Part shown: piece after piece, positions 36,701 to 64,000 of the stretch
Layout of the letters: each line of letters begins with the position of its first letter
Numbering within the stretch: position 1 is the stretch's first letter
Assembly: GCF_006345805.1 (NCBI RefSeq)
Contig: NC_043015.1
Coordinates: forward strand, 42,222,001-42,286,000
Direction: 5' to 3'
From: Octopus sinensis
Taxonomy: Eukaryota
Length of the DNA: 64,000 bases
Notes under the pieces: model-generated
The model's database searches: none
Told to the model about the DNA's origin: nothing
The model's input: only the letters and a program-made list of their open reading frames with translations
Position numbers and translations under genes: made by a program

Positions 36701-39500
36701 ATTATCATTATTATTATCATCATTATCATTATTATTATTTTATCATTTTTGAGACTGAATGTAGAATTGGAAGGGGACAGAAAAAAAATGAACAATAATC
36801 ATATCCATCTCTTCTGGTGCATGAATTGTGTCAGTAAACTTGATGTGATCAAAAGACACACATTACGAGTAACACTGCGTAATAAATATACATCAGAAGA
36901 AAGAGTGAAAAATCAGGGTTATTCTAATTATTAAGTTGAACGAACATTGTAGAAATACTTGCTTTTTGTTGACGTAAAACTATGAAATAAACATGATTTT
37001 GAATATAATTAAAACTGCCCTGTCCCCTTTATCTGTATTGTAATCTAGATTGTTCTTCTTGTGACACTGTTTTGGCAGTCTTGAATAATGCGAAAGCCAC
37101 AACCCTTTCTATAGCTAGAAAAACTGTATTCTTGAATAAAGCTTGACACACCATGTTCTCATTTAAGAAGTTGGCTTACCAATAATTTTGTTTTGATTTC
37201 AGCCCCAGTGCCTGGTGGCTTGGGCAAGTGTCTTCCATTATAGCTCTATGCCAACGAAAACCTTGTAAATGGCTCTGATAGATCAAAGCTGAAAGAAGAT
37301 CACTGTACATGCATGTGCTCACGTGCACACACATAAGTTGGCATTAGGAAGGGCATCCAGTCATAGAAACCATGCCAAATCAGACTAGAGGCTGGTGTAG
37401 CCTTCAAGCTTGCTAGCCCTGGTCAAATCGTTCAACCCATGCCAGCATGGACAACAGAAGTTAAATGATGATGATGAATATATATATATATATATATATA
37501 TACCAATTATTTAAAACAGTTTGATTTGGGTCCATATATACGATGGGCCTCTTTCAGTTTCCGTCTACCAAATCCACTCACAAGGCTTTAGTCGGCCTGA
37601 GGCTATAGTAGAAGACACTTGCTCAAGGTGTCATACACACAGTGGGAATGAACCCAGAACCATGTGGTTTGTAAGCAAGCTACTTACCACACAGCCACTC
37701 CTGCGCCTTTTATATTGTTTTTTTTTTCCTTTCAGGCAATGCATGACAGATTCTTGACAATAATTATTTCACAGAGATGGTTACTACTGTAACAGTTCTG
37801 AAGATAAGACAAGCTTGATCAGTGCTGACCTGGCCTAGGGCTAAACAGAAACAAACAACATCACCAACAGCTATACAAAAAGAATTTTGAACATGATCCC
37901 TTTACTTAAAGTAGAAACAGATTAGTAAAAACAGCCTTTGGTCATGATTGCACCTAGAAAGTTCCTCTCCAAGGTAAGGGTTGTTTATGGAAGACCAGCA
38001 ATCACCCATGCATACCAACCTCCCCTCTCCACGCTGCCGATGTTATCTAAGGGAAAGGCAAAGGGGCCGATACAGTTTGGCACCAATGACGTTGCAACTC
38101 ATTTCTACAGCTGAGTGAACTGGAGCAACGTGAAATATAGTGTCTTGCTCAAGAACACAACATGCAGTCTGGTCCAGTATTCGAACTCACTACCTCATGA
38201 TTGTGAGCCTAACACTCTAACCACTGAGCTATATGCCTTTACAGTAGTAGTAACAGTAGCAGCAGCAGCAATAGTAGTAGCAACAGCAGCAGCAGCAGCA
38301 GTGTTAGTTGTAATATTCCATTATAGTTACAACTAGAGGCCAATTAGGGTTTCCTTATTTCTTTACAACCCTCAAGGGGCTAAACACAGGAGACAAACAA
38401 GGACTGACAAATGGATTAAGTCGATTATATCGACTCCAGCGTATAACTGGTACTTATTTAATCGACCCCGAAAGGATGAAAAGTCGACAATGGCAGAATT
38501 CGAACTCAGAAAACAGCAGCAGGTGAAATACCACAAATCATTTCGCCCAGTGTGTTAACATTTCTGCCAGCTTGCTGCCTTAATTAGTGGTTCATATATG
38601 GTCATATAATTTGCTAGAAAAGTGGCAAAATGTCCTTCAAATCATTTAAAGTAGAAAAAAAAGAAAAGGTCACATTCGGCAACACATTCCTAGGTATGCT
38701 ATGTCCATAAGAAAACAAATGAAAGGCAGAGAGGGTGAAAAAGAGAGGTGAGAGGAGATGAAGAGGTGGGATGGGCAGATAGGGAGGGGAAGAGAGAGAG
38801 AAAGAAAGAGGGCAAAGAAGAAGAGGAGGAAGGAGGAAGGAAAAAGAGAAACAGTTTATGAATTATTTTAATGAGTTATTAAATTAATTCAGTCCCACGA
38901 GTTGTTTTACTTGTTTTACGAATAAAATTTAACGAGGCTCATCCTATCTTCCAAAACAAAAACAATAAAAAATTTATCTCTGGTAAAGTTGTGGGGTTTC
39001 CCAAAGTTTGTTTTGTAGCTGTGGAGTTGCATGGCACCTTGAGCAAGTTATTTCCTACTCTAGCTTTCAACCAACAAATACCTTGTGAATGGAATTGGTA
39101 ATGAGAAACTGTGTGTGTGTATTGATCGATCTATCTGTCTGTCTATCTACCTACCTACCTATTTGTCTGTCTGTTTGTCTATCTATCTACCTACCTACCT
39201 ATTTGTCTGTCTGTCTGTCTATCTATCTATCCTTATTGATTGGCTCCACTATTTTTTTCACGATCCCTTTTGATCGGAATCCACCCCCGTTTTATCTTTT
39301 CTCGATCCCTTTTGATTGGAATTCGCCCCCTCTTTTTTTCTCCTCTTCTTCCCAAAAAGAAAAGCTCTACTTTGAATTTTGTCCCTTCTGTGTTCAGCCC
39401 TGCATGACCGATAAAGAAATCTATCTACCTGTCTATCTCCTGATTGACTGTTAATTCCAAAAGTTATTTTTCATTCTCTTTCTGTTTATTTTCTCTTATT

Positions 39501-39538
39501 TCTTTCTGATGAAGAGCGTAGGCTCAAAACATAAAAGA
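39501..39538 (+). ncRNA. Decayed hammerhead-like motif, same repeat family (~39470-39630)
   Basis: UCUUU-CUGAUGA-A-GAGC(GUAG)GCUC-aAAAC-aUA^AAAGA; two G>A changes. Confidence 0.45.
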
Positions 39539-40933
39539 CTCTCTCACTTTCCTGACCGTCAAACAAACACACCTGCTTGCTGTTTATACACCTGTCTTCG
39601 TTTTTTTGTTTTTCCATAAAATTCAACTATGTGTGTGTGTATTCTTTTATTCTTTTACTTGTTTCAGACATTTGACTACGGCCATGCTGGAGCAACGCCA
39701 TTAGTCAAACAAATCGCCCCCAGGACATATTCGTTGTAAGCCTTTCAGATATCATCAGTAAAAGGTAATTAAAATTCATTAAAATGACAGATCTATCAGA
39801 CTTTCAAAGAGGTCAAATTGTTGGTGCTCATATGGCAGGTGCTAGCATAATGAAAACAGCTGAAATGTTTGGTGTATCAAAAGTTATGACAGCCACTTGC
39901 CCAAGGTGCCACGCAGTGGGACTGAACCTGGAAACATGTGGTTGGGTAGCAAACTTCTTACCACACAGCCATGCCTGCACACACACACACACGTGTGTGT
40001 GTGTGTCTGCGTATCCAACCCATGCCAGCATGGAAAGCGGATGTTAAATGACAATATATATATTTATGTATTAATTTTTGTGTGTTGATGGATTTTAAAA
40101 AATAAATCATCAGGAAAGGGATTGCAGTGCCCATGGACCTTTGCTGACATTCCCAGATCAGTTATCAAAACCCCTTTCTGATTAATCCTCTTGAAGAAAG
40201 CTGCCCAAGACTGCCCTTGATTCTGTGATACAAACACCCTTTTTTTTAACCCTTTAACATTAAAACCAACCATATCCAACTCAAATATTCTACCCGTTTT
40301 AAAAATGGGTGTCACAGAGGCAAGGTGGCTGAAGCTGCTGTTGCATAACTGAAACCTGTGCCAGTGGCATGTAAAAAGCACCATTTGAGTGTTGGGCCTC
40401 ATGGAGGCAATGACAAATGGCCGAGACCTTCGGCAATATGTCAAGCTTCAGCAGAAGACCCCATCAAGCCAAGTGAAATTAGGTCCGTGGTAGATACAGG
40501 AGTGATGCAACTGGCATCCATTATATTCTTGGAGTGGTTGGCATTAGGAAGGGCATCCAGCCATAGAAACCATGCCAAATCAGACGAGTTTGTGCAGGCC
40601 CCTCACATTGCCAGCCCAGGTCAAACTGTCCATGCCAGTATGGAAAACAAATGTTAAATGATGACGATGATGATATTAGCGACAGAGGTAATCGTGGATG
40701 ATCTATTAGAAAAAACCTGTGTGTGGTAATTACCATTAGAGAAACTCTTGCAGAGATGAACTTAACTCATGATTTAAGCGCACTGCTAATGCACTGGAAT
40801 GCAGTATTAACTTATAAAAACATTTAACATATTTTGTAGCATATGGTTGCATAATGAAATACTATCTGCCTGCAAGTCATTGACATTTTCATACCACCTT
40901 CCAGGAATATGTTTAATATGTAAAATTAGTATA

Positions 40934-41094
40934 GGCGCAGGAATGGCTGTGTGGTAAGTAGCTTGTTTACCAGCCACATGGTTCCGGGTTCAGTCCCACT
41001 GCATGGCACCTTGGGCAAGTGTCTTCTATTATAGCCTCGGGCCGACCACAGCCTTGTGAGTGGATTTGGTAGACGGAAAATGAAAGAAGCCTGT

Positions 41095-41160
<66 letters not shown>

Positions 41161-41370
41161 GTATGTGTGTGTCTGTCTGTCCCCTCCCAACATCGCTTGA
41201 CAACCGATGGTGGTGTGTTTATGTCCCAGTTACTTAGCGGTTCGGCAAAGAGACCGATAGAATAAGTACTGGGCTTACAAAAAAAGAATAAGACCCGGGG
41301 TCGAGTAGCTCGATTAAAGGCGGTGCTCCAGCATGGCCGCAGTCAAATGACTGAAACAAGTAAAAGAGTA
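40934..41370 (+). mobile_element. tRNA-derived SINE, family B, with internal (TA)/(TG) microsatellite; further full or partial copies at 1303-1470, 12630-13035, 23457-23620, 26870-27243, 27985-28145, 31340-31748, 37540-37707, 41611-42040, 57475-57865
   Basis: Recurrent ggcgcaggagtggctgtgtggtaagtagc...gaagcccgtcg-(TA)n(TG)n-tttgtcccc...gactgaaacaagtaaaagagta. Confidence 0.85.
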
Positions 41371-42643
41371 TGTCCAATAATGTTATATCACAGTATTTAG
41401 TAGCTATTTAAATGATGTGTTCATGGATAATTAAGGGATTAGATGTGTGGTGATGAAGGGACGAAAACTCCCAAAATGTGGTATATACGCTCATTACCCT
41501 TTTTTCATCTTCGATTTCATTGTTTGTTTACATCTGATGCCTTGGATACAAAAGGTCGTAACAAAGTCAGAGCTGGGTATAATTACTACAGAAAATCTTG
41601 ACATATATAGGCACATGAGTGGCTGTGTGGTAAGTAGCTTGCTTACGAACCACATGGTTCCAGGTTCAGTCCCACTGTGTGGCATCTTGAGCAAGTGTCT
41701 TCTACTATAGCCTCGGGCAGACCAAAGCTTTGTGAGTGGATTTGGTAAACAGAAACTGAAAGAAGCCCGTTGCATATGTGTGTGTGTGTTTGTCCCCCCA
41801 ACATCGCTTGACAACCAATGCTAAGGGGACAAATACAGACACACAAACATATATATATATATATATACATATGTACGCAGGGCTTCTTTCAGTTTCTGTC
41901 TACCTAATCAACTCATAAGGCTTTGGTTGACCCAAGGCTATAGTAGAAGACACTTGCCCAAGGTGCTACGCAGTGGGACTGAACCTGGAACCAAGTGGTT
42001 GGTAAGCAAGCTACTTACCACACAGCCATTCCTGTGCCTATTTATACAAAACACAAAATATTCAAACATTTTTAATACAATTCCTAACAATATTCAATCA
42101 TAAAAGCATAAGAGATTTTAGATATCAAATGGCTATGGGAGCCCCATACTTCAAGTTAAAATAGGAATCTAAGGGGTTCATACACAAAAAACAGTTGAGA
42201 ACCACTGCTCTAACCCATGCCAGCATGAAAAAGCAGAAGTAACAACAATATAAAAAGGAAATGAAACTCAACACTAAGAGCAAAGAAGCCAAAAGTGTGT
42301 GCTCTGAGTCCACCTTGCTGGCTCCCACTGTGACCACCACCAGCAAATGGAACAATAAATAAAGTGAATGTCTCGATGGTCACACTGACCTCATCCAGCC
42401 TATTTGAGTAACCCCAAAACCAGCGTATGGTCCTCAGCAGAGACTAGACACGTCTAGGCACAATAAATCAGGTTGGTTGTCTAGTTAACGCAGCAATGTG
42501 CCAGATAAAGTCTGTGCTGCTGTCACCACTGACCCTGGTGTCTTCAGAACGACAAACGATAACAAGAAGAAGAACAACGAGATGGTTAATGTAGGTGAGA
42601 CAAGATAACGTTTAATTCATTTTACAAGATAACACGCAAACTT

Positions 42644-62123
<19,480 letters not shown>

Positions 62124-63839
62124 CTATAAAGGGGGGAAGAAAGAAAAAAATAACAATAAAAAGAGTTTCAAACAGGCACAGGACCAAGAAATTAGAGGGG
62201 GTGGTCAGGCAACAATCAGTTATATTACTTGGCCGGGAGGTGGCAAGCTGGCAGAAACGTTAGCACGCCGGGCGAAATGCTTAGCGGTATTTCGTCTGCG
62301 GTTATGTTCTGAGTTCAAATTCCGCCAAGGTCGACTTTGCCTTTCATTCTTTCGGGGTTGATAAACAAAGTAACAGTTTTGCACTGGGTCGATGTAATCG
62401 ACTTAATTCCTTTGTCTGTCTTTGTCCCCTTCTATGTTTAGCCCCTTGTGGGTAGTAAAGAAATATATATTACTTGGCTGGTACTATGGCCCTGGAAGGA
62501 TGAAAGGCAAAGGTAACCTGGGTAGGATTTGAACTCAGAACATAGGGCAATAACAAATACTGCAAGTGATGCTCTAACAATTCTGCCAATCTGATTTCTT
62601 ACATTGTCACTAAGCCACAGACTTGGGAGAGAGGCCATTAGTCGATTCAATCAACTCAGTATTTCACACACACACACTAGGCTTCCATACAGTTTCTACC
62701 AATCAATTCAACTCCTGAACACTGGTTAGCTCAAAGTGCCAAGCAGTGGGATTGAACTCAAGACCATGTGGTTACAAAGCAAACTCCAGATTTATACAAC
62801 TATGTCTCATCTAATTTTGTTAATTTTATGTCCCTACTGCAGCTCTGTCGCATGACTTTTAGAGGCCACAACCCTTCAATCAAAATTCACAATCTATGCA
62901 CTTTTTATTCATAGCTATATTTCACTTTATCTGAAGTTCAATATTTCACATTATCCTAAAGAACATCTTTAAAAGTACAACAATCATCATCATCATCATC
63001 ATCGTTTAACGTCCGTTTTCCATGCTAGCATGGGTTCGACGGTTCGACTCGGGTCTGGGAAGCCAGGAGGCTGCACCAGGCTCCAATCTTGATCTGGCAG
63101 ATTTTCTACAGCTAAGTGCCCTTCCTCATGCCAACCACTCCGTGAGTGTAGTGGGTGCTTTTTTTCGTGCCACCGGCACAGGTATCACAACTACAGTTTC
63201 CATTCGATTTTTTGATGTTTATGTACTTGTTAAATATACTTAGGTCTCTTACAAATTTCAATAATTAAAACCTCCAGATATGAACAAAAGAGCACTTTCA
63301 CAATCCAGGCAACTTTCAAAGACAAACACGATGCACTTTTCACTTCGCTAAATCATCGATCAGTTCAGAATAATCAAGCTGAGAGCTAAGTTCATGTTCA
63401 ATAGATATCAGAGACAATCCACAAAATCTGGTACACGTTTGTGGTACAATGTAATACTTTTACAAGAACTTTTGCAGCTACAATGGATTACCATTTTATT
63501 TCTTGAAATTTTCAGTTAACATAAATAGTATAATAATAGATGACACATCTACATACTTTGATCTTAACATGGGGGGCCCCTCAACCATGGAGGCCCTCTA
63601 TGACCAAAGGGGTTGCTAGGGCTTAGCGACAGCCCTGCCCTAACAAATCCTTTAATGGTTTCGTTACAGCAAAAAAAAAATTAAAGAGAGGGGTGATATA
63701 AAACGTTGTAACAAAAATCAGTGCTGGCTATAATTTCTATAGAAAATCAGTAGAGATGACCTTAACAAGTAATATAAGAGCACTGCTAACACAGTAGAAC
63801 ACAGCATTGACTTATAAAAACGTTTAATACACTCTGTAG

Positions 63840-64000
63840 CAGTGCTTTTCAAACTTTTGCTGGAGCGGAACCCCAAGGAAACATTCCACTGGCTCGAGGA
63901 ACCCCTGTGCAATAATTTAATAGTCTTATGCACACATACCTGCACAGGAGACTTAAAAATTACTGCCGATTTTCGCAGTTTTGTAACTTCTTGCGGAACC
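63840..64000 (+). mobile_element. hAT-like element left end, cut by the window edge
   Basis: cagtgcttttcaaactttt terminus and recurring ggaaccc motifs. Confidence 0.45.

Noticed and set aside
40064-40444. 126-aa minus-strand ORF
   Set aside because: Starts in a SINE, crosses a MITE-like end, and has no recognisable homology or clear splice sites.

Overview
AT-rich, microsatellite- and SINE-dense animal genomic DNA. The repeat landscape looks octopus-like, but that is an inference and no species is named. Two intron-rich genes lie on the minus strand and were rebuilt by hand from GT-AG boundaries with consistent phases. (1) SELENBP1/methanethiol oxidase: 10 coding exons at 26481->1751; the last exon lies left of the window. 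(2) The 3' part of U2SURP/SR140: 8 exons at 62123->42644, including the stop codon. Between them is a CpG-rich island at ~29.4-29.8 kb with an unassigned candidate first exon. Introns and intergenic DNA hold decayed Penelope-like, RTE, CR1/L2-like, R4/Dong-like and mariner fragments, several MITE types, several tRNA-derived SINE families, satellites, a ~3-kb intronic foldback, and short motifs resembling minimal hammerhead ribozymes. Most ORFs in the supplied track are repeat or microsatellite artefacts. No rRNA, true tRNA or CRISPR array is supported, and I found no clearly new protein-coding system. The best leads are the hammerhead-like motifs, the orphan first exon, the foldback and an altered CxxC motif in SELENBP1.
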